Below, piece after piece: positions 27,277 to 35,972 of a stretch of 64,000 bases of DNA; position 1 is the first letter of the stretch; the number at the start of each line of letters is the position of its first letter. The DNA lies in the NCBI GenBank assembly GCA_050013595.1, contig JBEKEY010000002.1, positions 1,522 through 65,521 on the forward strand. The letters are read 5' to 3'. The translations under genes were made by a program, and so were the position numbers. Below the pieces are notes generated by a model. The model worked only from the letters and a program-made list of their open reading frames with translations. It was not told the DNA's origin and made no database searches. The DNA is from Thermoplasmata archaeon. Its GTDB lineage: Archaea > Thermoplasmatota > Thermoplasmata > Lutacidiplasmatales > UBA184.

Positions 27277-28308
27277 TCAGACATGATGGCCCGGCGACTT
27301 CGGTCGCGAGGGGAATCGGCCCGCGAGGGAGGCGACGGCCGTCAGGACGACTCCGATCCCGAGGAGGAAGGCCGACCCGACCAGCACCCAACCCTCCACG
27401 ATCGCCGCGCTCGGCGCCGCGGGCGGCAGGGGGACCGGAACACCGACGTAGAGGAAGCCGTACATGCCGTTCGCGAAGTGGCCGGCCACCTCGCAGATGT
27501 ACTGGAACACGCCCGGGGCCGAGATCGTAAAGTTCGCCCAGACACTTCCTCCGGGGACCGCAGGGACCAGCTGGTTCACGAGCGGGGCGTGGTCCGCGAA
27601 GTAGTCGGTGAAGTTCGTGGGCGAAAGGGTCACGTTCGACTGGGGCGCCAGCGTGAACGTGTGCCCGAAGCTCCCTACGTTCGTGACCTGCACGGCGATG
27701 ACGATCGGGTAGTGCGTCGGGGTCGCGGAAAGGACGTTCGGCAGGAAGGCGAGCGAGTCGGTGGTGTTCTCGCTCAGCGCGAGCCCGGCGGCCTGCGAGG
27801 TGATGTTGAGCAGGCCCCACATACCGGATTGGAACTGGTAGGGCACGACGGATGCGAACTCGAACGAGTCGAACCCTTCGGAGAGGTTGAAGGTGAGATT
27901 CGCCCACCCCTCACCACCGGGCGCGAGCGACACGTTCGCGAGGGTGCCGTTCGCCGCGAAGAAGGCATCCACCTGACCGGGTGTTAGCGTGGCCGGGAGA
28001 CGGGCGCCCGGCGTCTTCGCGAGCGTGAACGTGTGGTCGAAGCTACCGATGTTCACGAGATGCAAGGCGACCGACGAACCCGCGGGGACCGCGAGGAACT
28101 GAGGCGAGAACGAAGGATGGTCTGTCAGGTTGACGGTGAGGTTCTCGACCGTGCTCACGGGATGGGCGACCCCGACTTCCGGCGCGACCGGCACGATCGC
28201 GAGCCCCGCGACGGTCGGTAGACCGATCGAAACGAGCAGGAGGCCGCCGACGAACCACGGGAGCGCCCGCCGCAGGACCCGAGGTGTGCGGGACGGGCGG
28301 TCGGTCAC
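27277..28308 (-). CDS. membrane-anchored tandem-cupredoxin protein (one intact type-1 Cu site, one degenerate)
   Basis: 343 aa. Domain 2 has GHTFTL...CEVAGHFANGMYG. Domain 1 has DHTFTL...SVVPYQFQSGMWG (Cys to Ser, His to Gln). There is an RR-containing N-terminal signal/anchor, a C-terminal TM and many N-x-S/T sequons. Confidence 0.8.
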   Translation of the reverse strand: MTDRPSRTPRVLRRALPWFVGGLLLVSIGLPTVAGLAIVPVAPEVGVAHPVSTVENLTVNLTDHPSFSPQFLAVPAGSSVALHLVNIGSFDHTFTLAKTPGARLPATLTPGQVDAFFAANGTLANVSLAPGGEGWANLTFNLSEGFDSFEFASVVPYQFQSGMWGLLNITSQAAGLALSENTTDSLAFLPNVLSATPTHYPIVIAVQVTNVGSFGHTFTLAPQSNVTLSPTNFTDYFADHAPLVNQLVPAVPGGSVWANFTISAPGVFQYICEVAGHFANGMYGFLYVGVPVPLPPAAPSAAIVEGWVLVGSAFLLGIGVVLTAVASLAGRFPSRPKSPGHHV

Positions 28309-28396
28309 GGACTCCTCTGACGGCGCGTTGACCTGGGTGCGGTTGATATGGATAGTGTACGAATATCCCGCACGCCCCTTCGCTCGGGAAGAACGT

Positions 28397-29413
28397 TCAG
28401 CGACCGGCGGTCGGGAGGTCGGCGGGCCGGGTATCGAGGACCGGTGGCAACCGCGGGTGGGCGTCGTCCGCGGCGGACGACACGTCCTCCGGTGCGCGGG
28501 CGAGCCACGGACGGGCCATCCTCCCCTGGTAGTACCGCCGTACCAGATACGCGACCTCGACCCCCATCACCACGCCCATCACCGACCCGAAGGTGAGGAC
28601 CGCGAGCACCGCCCCCTGCGAAGCCGCGACGGTGAACCCGGCGAGCGCCATTAGCAGGAACGCTGCCGCGAGGCCGACCAGGAGGCGGCCTTCGTCGGCC
28701 GCGACCCGACCTCCGAGCAGGGCCCGCACGAGGACGACAAAGCTGGCTCCCATGAGCACCGCCATCGCGACGCCCCCGACGGTGGGATAGGTCGTGACCC
28801 AAGGACCGAGCACCGCGGAGGTGCTCAGCGTCAGGAGCGCCCATCGCTCGACCGTCCCGAGGGGCGCCCAGACGAGGAGCGCCGCCATGACGGCGGCCAT
28901 CGACCAGAAGAACCAGACGGAGGAAAGGCCGACCGCGAGGGTGGGAAGGGTGGGGGCGGGACCGCCTACGGCCCCGTAGGCGAAGAGCACGCCCATCAGC
29001 GCCTCCGAGCCGGTCACGACGAGCGAGAGCAGGACGGGCCAGAACCACCCCGTCGCATCGATGCGGTGGTCCCGGAAGAGGATCTGCGAGACGAACCAGA
29101 TGCCCGCCGGGAACATCATCATGAAATTGAACGCGAGCAGCACGTACGTCCACGACTCGGTGCCGTTCGGGTTCAGGAAGACGAACAGCAGCGAGAGCAG
29201 CAGGAGGGTCCCGCCGAGAAGGACCGAGAGGGTGATGACCATCTGGGTAACGAGCGGGGGTCGGCCATCGACCGGAAGGACCTTCCAGATGAGGAAGACC
29301 GTGACGCCGATCATCGACACGGCGATGATCGCGAAGGGAAGGAGCGCGGCCGTGAGCACGAGCGCCGGGAGGGGCAGGAACATCGGTACCGATGCGACGA
29401 CCGCCCGGCTCAT
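28397..29413 (-). CDS. polytopic integral membrane protein, unknown function
   Basis: 338 aa with roughly 9-10 hydrophobic helices and host-like codon bias. It is adjacent to the cupredoxin genes. Confidence 0.65.
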   Translation of the reverse strand: MSRAVVASVPMFLPLPALVLTAALLPFAIIAVSMIGVTVFLIWKVLPVDGRPPLVTQMVITLSVLLGGTLLLLSLLFVFLNPNGTESWTYVLLAFNFMMMFPAGIWFVSQILFRDHRIDATGWFWPVLLSLVVTGSEALMGVLFAYGAVGGPAPTLPTLAVGLSSVWFFWSMAAVMAALLVWAPLGTVERWALLTLSTSAVLGPWVTTYPTVGGVAMAVLMGASFVVLVRALLGGRVAADEGRLLVGLAAAFLLMALAGFTVAASQGAVLAVLTFGSVMGVVMGVEVAYLVRRYYQGRMARPWLARAPEDVSSAADDAHPRLPPVLDTRPADLPTAGR

Positions 29414-29461
29414 ATTCTCCCGGTACCGACCGGCCGACCCGGCCGCGGGCGACCGGGGCGC

Positions 29462-30307
29462 TCAGTGCGCCGTGGTGGAGGTATCGGACGAGCTGCCGCC
29501 CTCGAACCGGCGGATGAGCTGCGTCGTGACCTCGATGAGCGGGTGATGGCTCGCCCGGTCGATCTCGATATCCGCGACCGTCGTCAGGTGGTGCTCGCGG
29601 GCGATCCGCTCGAACCCGGTCTCCTTCTTCGCGAACTCCTCGGGGTGGTCGCACGTCAGGATGAAGGCCTGGAGCTGGGTCAGGCCCATCTCTCGGGCCG
29701 CGAGCGCCCGGTGGTGGCCGTCGACGAGGATCCATTCGTCGCCCTTCTGGACGACCAGAACGGGCTCCGCGAAGCCGCGCTCGAGCTCGTAACGGCGGCC
29801 TTCGAGCTCGTCCTCGAAGACCTTCCATTGCGTCGGGGTGAGGCGCGAGATGGGCACGAGGCCCCGGGTGAACGTGAACGTGAGCCCGTAGCGTTCCGTG
29901 AGGAGGCGCTTCAGCGTGTCGGCCTTCATCGGGGACGCACGCTCGAAATGCGAGCGCACGACGTCGAGGTTGGAGAGGATCCCGCAGAGACGGCCGGCCT
30001 CGTCGATGATCGGAAGGTCGCGAAGCCCGAACCGGAACATGATCCGTGCCGCGTCGTCGAGGCCCGTTTCCGGGTACGCGGTGTACGTCCCGGGGCGGAT
30101 GATCTTCGCGATCGGCGCGTCCCCCTCGCCGACGTGCCGCAAGAGCTCCTTCGCGCTCACGAAGCCGACGAGCTTCCCCGAGGTGTCGGTCACCGGGAGA
30201 CCGTGATGGCGGCTCTTCGTGAGCTTCCCGATCGCTTCCTCGATCGTCGTGGTCGAGCGGAGATGCTCGACCTCGAGGATCATGTAGTCCCGGACGCGGA
30301 CGATCAT
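29462..30307 (-). CDS. CBS-pair plus ParB/sulfiredoxin-like nuclease domain protein
   Basis: The N-terminal tandem CBS pattern (HHGLPVTD...GLRDLPIID) is followed by a ParB-like core (PVLVVQKGDEWILVDGHHRALAAREMG). Confidence 0.75.
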   Translation of the reverse strand: MIVRVRDYMILEVEHLRSTTTIEEAIGKLTKSRHHGLPVTDTSGKLVGFVSAKELLRHVGEGDAPIAKIIRPGTYTAYPETGLDDAARIMFRFGLRDLPIIDEAGRLCGILSNLDVVRSHFERASPMKADTLKRLLTERYGLTFTFTRGLVPISRLTPTQWKVFEDELEGRRYELERGFAEPVLVVQKGDEWILVDGHHRALAAREMGLTQLQAFILTCDHPEEFAKKETGFERIAREHHLTTVADIEIDRASHHPLIEVTTQLIRRFEGGSSSDTSTTAH

Positions 30308-30909
30308 CAGTCTCGAACGGGCTGCTCGTCGCGCAGGTACGCGGTGAGGAGATGCAGCACGATGAGGTGGGTGTCCTCGGTGTGTTGCATGCTGTTCGAG
30401 GGCACCACGAGCGGGACGTCCACGAGGTCCTTCAGCTTCCCTCCGCCGATGCCGGTGAGCCCGATCGTCGCGAGCCCCATCGCGTGGGCGGTCTTCACGG
30501 CCTCGAGGACGTTCGGGGAGTTCCCGCTGCCCGAGATCGCCACGACGACGTCACCTTCCTCGGCGAGCGCTTTGAGCTGCCCCGCGAAGATCTCGGCGTA
30601 GCCGACGTCGTTCGCCCAGGCCGTCATTCCCGGGATGTTGTCGTTGAGGCTGATGCAACGGAACCGCCGTCCCTTGCCGCGGCCCTCGGTCCCTCCGGCC
30701 ACCTTCGCGATGTCGGTCACGAAGTGGGAGGCGGTGGACGCGCTGCCTCCGTTCCCGAAGAAGAAGATCGTGCGGTCGTCCGCCCGGGCCTTCAGCAGGA
30801 CGGGCACGATCCGTTGAATCGCGGTCAACAGGAACGGTTCGGCCAGGATCGATCGGGCCTCGTCCACATACCGGCGGAGGTAGGTTTCGAGGGTCGGGAG
30901 CTCGGTCAT
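30307..30909 (-). CDS. gmhA: D-sedoheptulose-7-phosphate isomerase (SIS domain)
   Basis: 200 aa with FFFGNGGSASTASHFVTD...ISGSGNSPN...H. Confidence 0.8.
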   Translation of the reverse strand: MTELPTLETYLRRYVDEARSILAEPFLLTAIQRIVPVLLKARADDRTIFFFGNGGSASTASHFVTDIAKVAGGTEGRGKGRRFRCISLNDNIPGMTAWANDVGYAEIFAGQLKALAEEGDVVVAISGSGNSPNVLEAVKTAHAMGLATIGLTGIGGGKLKDLVDVPLVVPSNSMQHTEDTHLIVLHLLTAYLRDEQPVRD

Positions 30910-31893
30910 TCACTCCCTCCGTCCCACGAACAGGATCCGCGAACCTTCCGGCGTGATCCGCACGGGAAGCCGCGTCATCGTCGAGAGGGCGGCCGCTATT
31001 TGATGGCTGCGTTCCGGCGGGTGGAGGAGGAGCAGGAATCCACCTCCGCCCGCCCCCGTGATCTTGCCGCCGTAGGCTCCGTTCTCCTTCGCCAGGGCGT
31101 ACTGACGGTCGATGGTCTCACTCGAGATCCCGACGGTGAGTCCTCGTTTCAGCCGCCAGCCTTCGTCAAGGACCTCACCGAGGCGTTGCCATTGCCGCGC
31201 GAGGATTGCCGAACGGGCGGAGCCGGCGAGCTCACGCATGCGCAGAAGGGACTCCTTGTTCGCCGTCGTTCGCTCGTTCTGCGGTTTCAAGATCCCCTCG
31301 GCCCTCCGCGTGGTCCCCGTGTAGAACAGGGAGAGGTGGTCGCTCAACGCGATGCGGTCCGCCGTCGAGAGCGGTATGGGGGACGCTCGCACCGAGTCGT
31401 CGGGTCGGAAGTCGAAGTACTCGACGCCGCCGAACGCGGCGATGTACTGGTCTTGCTTTCCGAGCGTCCCGCCGAGAAGGTCGATCTCGATCCGACACGC
31501 CTCCTCCGCGAGCTCGGCGGGGTCCTTGAGGATCCCGCGGTGCGCGTAGAGGGCATTGAGGAGCCCCACGGTCAGGCTCGACGAGGAGCCGAGCCCGGTT
31601 CCTTCCGACGGAATATCGGCGATCGTGTGGACCTCGAGCGCCTCGTGGACCCCCGCCACGCGCATCGCCTCGCGCACGAGGCCGTGCTGTAGGTCCTCAA
31701 GCCGTTCGACGTTCTCCGTTCGGGAGTAGGCGACCCGGATCGACTTGTCGAACTTCTCGTTCACGAGAACGTGGATGTACCGGTCGATCGCGGCGCTCGT
31801 GACCGCACCACCGTCGAACGCCCGGTAGAAATCGGGAAAATCGGTGCCTCCGCCCGCGAAGCTGATGCGAAGGGGGGTCCGGGTGATGATCAC
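30910..31893 (-). CDS. GHMP-family sugar kinase, D-glycero-D-manno-heptose-7-phosphate kinase-like
   Basis: ITRTPLRISFAGGGTDFPDFY and PSEGTGLGSSSSLTVGLL are present. The start is set at GTG 31893. The track ORF continues upstream in a frame that overlaps the xpd stop. Confidence 0.75.
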   Translation of the reverse strand: MIITRTPLRISFAGGGTDFPDFYRAFDGGAVTSAAIDRYIHVLVNEKFDKSIRVAYSRTENVERLEDLQHGLVREAMRVAGVHEALEVHTIADIPSEGTGLGSSSSLTVGLLNALYAHRGILKDPAELAEEACRIEIDLLGGTLGKQDQYIAAFGGVEYFDFRPDDSVRASPIPLSTADRIALSDHLSLFYTGTTRRAEGILKPQNERTTANKESLLRMRELAGSARSAILARQWQRLGEVLDEGWRLKRGLTVGISSETIDRQYALAKENGAYGGKITGAGGGGFLLLLHPPERSHQIAAALSTMTRLPVRITPEGSRILFVGRRE

Positions 31894-31919
31894 GCGTCGA
31901 ATAGGGCCCCGAGGGCCAC

Positions 31920-33911
31920 TTATCCGTTGTGGGGGTCGGTCTCGGGTTCCGTGGGAGCCGAACCCGCGAGCGGGGCGGGGGTGGCGCTCCGCGACCAGCG
32001 TGCGCGCCGTCCGTAGAACGCCCGGGTCGTCGCGGCGAGGTCCCCGACCGGGGCTAGGCCGGGGAGCACCTTCGCGAAGTTGGTGGCGCGGCGGTCGAGG
32101 ATGATGGCGATCCCCCGGTCGTTCTCGGAACGGATCATGCGCCCGCACGCCTGCAGGATGGCTCGTTGAGCCGGCGCCTCGACCGTGTACTCCCAACCTT
32201 TCCCGGTCTTCGAGTCGAGGTAAGCGCGCAGCGCTTCCCGTTTCGCGGTCGGCTTCGGGTACGGGATACCCACCATCACGACCGCCTCGAGCTCCTCGTC
32301 GGGGTAGTCGATCCCCTCCGAGAGCCGACCACCGGCGACGCCGAGCAGGACCGTTCCCTCGGGGTCCTTCTTCCAGCCTTCGATCGACCGCCAGAGGTCG
32401 CCCATCGGCACCCGGCTATATTCGATGAAGACGTTGCCCGGAAGCTGGGATTGGAGGCCGGCCTCGAGCACCTTCTGGAGAAGGTCGAAGCTCGGGAAGA
32501 ACACCGCCGTCTTGACGGGAAGCGTCTCGAGCACCGCGACCAGGCGGTCCGCGAGCCGCTGGACCGCGCGCGGGTCGTTGCGGATCTCCTCGAACCGGGT
32601 GGTGACGCTCGGGTCGTAGAGGAACCGACGGTTCTCCGCGGGGAAGTACGAGGGCACGTCGAGGAGCCGGGTCGTTTCGCCGAGACCGAGGGAGTCGCGG
32701 TACTCCGCGAGCGGAGCGAGCGTCCCCGAGAGGTGGACGGAGAGGTGGCAATCCAGGATGGGTTGGGCCGGGCCGCTCGCGTCGAGCGCGAACGCCTCGA
32801 GCGCGGGGCGGGGCGTGCGCATGGCCACCTTGACGTACTCGGGAGAGTCGAGCTGGGGCCAGGAGAGGAGCGTGAGGGCCACCGTGTGGACCCACGACCG
32901 CGGGAGATGGCGCTCGCGACGGCGCTCGTCCCGCAGGTTCTCGCCCCAGGTCGCGAGAGCTCCGAGCCAGGTGTCGAGACGATGCGAGGTACCCCCGAGC
33001 GCGGTGAGCAGTGCGTCCTCGAACACGGACGGAGGCAGGACCGCGTCCTCTTCCCGGACGAGCGCGTGGATCAGCTCCTCCACCGCGGCAGCGACGATAT
33101 CGAAGAACCGGCTCGCGCTCGGCCCGTCGGGGAGCTGGAAATCGCCCCGCTCGGCGATCTCGGCGCGCGCCCGCCGTACGGATTCCTGCGGAAGCGCCAC
33201 CGTCGTGAGCTCTCGGAGATGGTTCGGGAGGTTGTGCGCCTCGTCGATGACCAGGTCGACCTTCTCGGGCCCGGTCCCCATCCAGCCGAGGAGCGCTCGC
33301 CGGATCTGGGGGTGGAAGAAGAAGGCATACGGCGCCGTCACGAGCCGAGCGTGCGGAACCAGCTTCTTCGAGAGTTCGTACGGGCAGAGGTTCTCCTCGC
33401 GGCTGTACTTCTCGAACTCGTGCGGCAGGGGCAATTTCGTCTGGAAGCGCTCGATGAGCGCGTCGAGGTCGGTCTGCAGGACGCGAGCATAATACGGACA
33501 GCCATCGAGGTCGGTCAGGTCGATCTCGCCTCCTTCGGGAAGCTCGGGCGGAGGAACGAGCGGCGCCTCTCCCTGGATCGCCCGCTCGGTCGCCCGTTTC
33601 CGGTCGGCGCAGAGCTTTCCGTGCTCCTCCGCCGTGGCGCCCTTCACTTCGGCGACGTTCTCGAGCAGGAAACAGCGGCGCGCGCGCCCCTGCAGGCCGA
33701 CCGCGAGCACCGGTGCGTCCAAGCGGTGGGCGATCGCACGGGCTTCGTGGAGGACCTGCACCTCTTGGGAGTGGGTCCGAACGAGGTAGAGGATCCGGTG
33801 GTCCGCCCGGACCGCATGCTCGAGAAGCGGCGCGAGGGTCGCGACCGTCTTTCCGCTCCCCGTCGGGGCGTTCACGAGGAGCGCTCCCCCGCGACGGGCG
33901 ACCTCCGCCAC
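31920..33911 (-). CDS. xpd: XPD/Rad3-family Fe-S DNA helicase
   Basis: NAPTGSGKT and VIDEAHNL are present, with four Cys (RRCF...KLCADR...DGCPYY...NLCPYE) forming the 4Fe-4S domain. The conserved FPYRPRPGQ motif is encoded in frame upstream of GTG 33911, so the true start is probably near 33998..34001; see findings. Confidence 0.9.
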   Translation of the reverse strand: MAEVARRGGALLVNAPTGSGKTVATLAPLLEHAVRADHRILYLVRTHSQEVQVLHEARAIAHRLDAPVLAVGLQGRARRCFLLENVAEVKGATAEEHGKLCADRKRATERAIQGEAPLVPPPELPEGGEIDLTDLDGCPYYARVLQTDLDALIERFQTKLPLPHEFEKYSREENLCPYELSKKLVPHARLVTAPYAFFFHPQIRRALLGWMGTGPEKVDLVIDEAHNLPNHLRELTTVALPQESVRRARAEIAERGDFQLPDGPSASRFFDIVAAAVEELIHALVREEDAVLPPSVFEDALLTALGGTSHRLDTWLGALATWGENLRDERRRERHLPRSWVHTVALTLLSWPQLDSPEYVKVAMRTPRPALEAFALDASGPAQPILDCHLSVHLSGTLAPLAEYRDSLGLGETTRLLDVPSYFPAENRRFLYDPSVTTRFEEIRNDPRAVQRLADRLVAVLETLPVKTAVFFPSFDLLQKVLEAGLQSQLPGNVFIEYSRVPMGDLWRSIEGWKKDPEGTVLLGVAGGRLSEGIDYPDEELEAVVMVGIPYPKPTAKREALRAYLDSKTGKGWEYTVEAPAQRAILQACGRMIRSENDRGIAIILDRRATNFAKVLPGLAPVGDLAATTRAFYGRRARWSRSATPAPLAGSAPTEPETDPHNG

Positions 33912-34130
33912 CTCGTGCAGGATCGATTCCTGGCCCGGCCGCGGGCGGTAGGGAAAGAGGAGAGGAGATTCGGGCGCGGTCGTGGCGGCGGGCGTGATCA
34001 GCCTCCCGACGCGCCGAGCGAACGGCGGGGGTTTTAAGGTGCGCCTTGACTCGCACCCGTCGCGGGCGATGGCACGTCGCGAGGTGGGTCCGGGCGGACC
34101 TCCGGAACGCCCGTACGGGAATCGAAACGG

Positions 34131-34451
34131 TCAACCGTAGGCGTACCGAACCCCGTACGGGCCGCGGGGCAGGGTCCAGGTGACCGACCCCTGGTCGCAG
34201 GCGATGTCGCACGCCCCGCATTCCACGCAATCCTCGTAGCGGAAGACGAGGCGGCCCTCGATCCGCTCGTAGCAGGCTGCGGGACAGACGAAGGTGCAGA
34301 GCGAGTGCGGGCAGCGAGCGCAGATCTCGGGCTTGACCGTGATGTGAGCGTGGTCGACGGAATCCGTGGTCGTCCGAAGCGTGCCGAGCCGACGCTTCAC
34401 CTCCACAAATTCGACCGTCCCGGTCGAGGGAAGGGGAGCGGGGGTCGACAT
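34131..34451 (-). CDS. FixX-like ferredoxin
   Basis: 106 aa from ATG 34451 with CARCPHSLCTFVCP...CVECGACDIAC. It lies 13 nt downstream of mdh. Confidence 0.7.
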   Translation of the reverse strand: MSTPAPLPSTGTVEFVEVKRRLGTLRTTTDSVDHAHITVKPEICARCPHSLCTFVCPAACYERIEGRLVFRYEDCVECGACDIACDQGSVTWTLPRGPYGVRYAYG

Positions 34452-34464
34452 CGTCCGAACCCCC

Positions 34465-35409
34465 TCACTTCGGCAGCTTCGCGAGGATCTCGAGGTCGGC
34501 GCGCACGGCGAGCACGCTCTGCCGGAACGCTTCCCGCTCGGCGGGAAGGAGCTCGACCTCCACCACGCGTTCGACGCCCTGACGGCCGAGGACGACGGGC
34601 ACCCCGATGCAGACGTCCTTCTCGCCGAACTCTCCCGAAAGGTGGGCCGCGACCGGAAGGAGGCGGTGCTCATCGAGCGCGATCGCCCGGACCAGCTCGG
34701 CTTGGCTCGCGGTCGGGGCGTAGAAAGCGCTCCCGGTCTTGAGCAGGTTCACGATCTCAGCGCCTCCCTGCTTCGACCGGGCCACGATCGCCGCGAGCCG
34801 GTCGGGAGGGAGCAGCTTCGTGAGCGGGACCCCCGAAACGCTCGTGAGCGACAGGAGGGGAACCATGGTATCGCCGTGGGTTCCGAGGACGAAGCCGGTG
34901 ACGTCCCTCGGGGCCACGTGCAGGGCTTCGGCGACGAACGTCCGGAACCGCGCCGTGTCGAGCGTACCCGACTCCCCGAACACGCGCGCCGGAGGAAGAC
35001 CGCTGACCGCACGGAAGTAGTAGGTCATCACATCCACCGGGTTCGTCACCACGATCGAGACGGCGTTCGGCGCGTGGAGCTTGACCGCCTCCGCGTGTCC
35101 TTTCACGATCCCGGCGTTCTTTTCGAGGAGGTCCGAGCGGCTCATGCCGGGCTTCCGAGCGAGCCCCGCGGTCTCGACGACCACGTCCGCGCCCTTCAGG
35201 ACGTCCATCGAGGTCGAGCCCGAGACGCGCGTCGAGAACCCGAGGATGGGAGCCGACTGCTGGATGTCGAGCGCCTTTCCCTGCGGCAGACCGTCGATGA
35301 TGTCGACCAGCACGACCTCGGTCGCGAGGTCCATCTCCGCGAGGCGCTGGGCCAGCGAGCCACCGATATTCCCTGCGCCCAACACCACGACCTTGCCGAG
35401 TGCGCTCAT
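34465..35409 (-). CDS. mdh: malate dehydrogenase (LDH-like family)
   Basis: 314 aa with VVVLGAGNIGGS and GLARKPGMSRSDLL. Confidence 0.9.
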   Translation of the reverse strand: MSALGKVVVLGAGNIGGSLAQRLAEMDLATEVVLVDIIDGLPQGKALDIQQSAPILGFSTRVSGSTSMDVLKGADVVVETAGLARKPGMSRSDLLEKNAGIVKGHAEAVKLHAPNAVSIVVTNPVDVMTYYFRAVSGLPPARVFGESGTLDTARFRTFVAEALHVAPRDVTGFVLGTHGDTMVPLLSLTSVSGVPLTKLLPPDRLAAIVARSKQGGAEIVNLLKTGSAFYAPTASQAELVRAIALDEHRLLPVAAHLSGEFGEKDVCIGVPVVLGRQGVERVVEVELLPAEREAFRQSVLAVRADLEILAKLPK

Positions 35410-35517
35410 TCGGTACCCTTCCCGTGCACCCAGCCGCCGTCGGGCTTAAACGGTAGCGCCACGGGCGCCCCCGCGTCCGCCGAAAGGTTGATTCACGGGG
35501 TGGCCCGTTCGCCCCCG

Positions 35518-35763
35518 ATGGTCGACGTCGACTCGATCCTGCTCAGCGTCCAGGAACGGGACAAATGGCGGAACCGGGTGGAGGTCCTCGAGCGCTCCCT
35601 TCGGGACGTTCGCGACCACCGCCGTCGCCTCGAGACGCGGCTGCGCCGCGTCAAGAAGGAGATCAGCCGCCTCCGCATCACGGTCGATGCAGTGCTCGAC
35701 CTTTCCCGAACGCGTGCACGTCAGGACATGACCAATGCCCCGGGCTCTCCCCCCATTCGATAA
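35518..35763 (+). CDS. small coiled-coil protein, unknown function
   Basis: 81 aa from ATG 35518 (the tail of track ORF 34366..35763). It has a heptad-like Arg/Glu/Leu pattern and host-like third positions over most of its length. Confidence 0.4.
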   Translation: MVDVDSILLSVQERDKWRNRVEVLERSLRDVRDHRRRLETRLRRVKKEISRLRITVDAVLDLSRTRARQDMTNAPGSPPIR

Positions 35764-35959
35764 GCAGGAATCGCTCTTCTCGACCCAGCAGCAACTGCTG
35801 GACGAGATCGAGCGGATTCGTCGCGAGGAGGAGTATCTGATGCTCAAGGTCCGACAGGCCCGCGAGCAGGCCCGCTACTACGAAGGACTGCTGACCCTCC
35901 TGCGTCGCGACCTCGGAAAGGCCCCGGGCCTCTCCGACCTCGTGCGTCGGCTCGGATGA
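35735..35959 (+). CDS. small coiled-coil protein, unknown function
   Basis: 74 aa containing QQQLLDEIERIRREEEYLMLKVRQAREQARYYEGLL. It overlaps the previous small ORF by 29 nt in another frame. Confidence 0.45.
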   Translation: MPRALPPFDKQESLFSTQQQLLDEIERIRREEEYLMLKVRQAREQARYYEGLLTLLRRDLGKAPGLSDLVRRLG

Positions 35960-35972
35960 CGTTCGGTCGGCC

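Noticed and set aside
28305-29828. A 507-aa ORF, and several other very long ORFs in alternate or antisense frames. These are 32416..34230, 42546..44087, 56009..57436, 48263..49432, 18315..19760, 9417..10511 and 36918..38375.
   Set aside because: All are extremely rich in Arg, Pro, Gly and Ala, lack any motif, and lie on top of ORFs with clear family signatures. Long spurious ORFs are expected at this GC content because stop codons are rare.
34131-34133. The FixX-like ferredoxin and XPD are in the same reading frame, separated by a single TGA. This could suggest stop-codon readthrough or a fusion protein.
   Set aside because: An open 73-codon stretch is unremarkable in GC-rich DNA. The intervening peptide has no coding-like features until the FPY motif, and there is a TATA-like element between the two genes. 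I treat it as coincidence.
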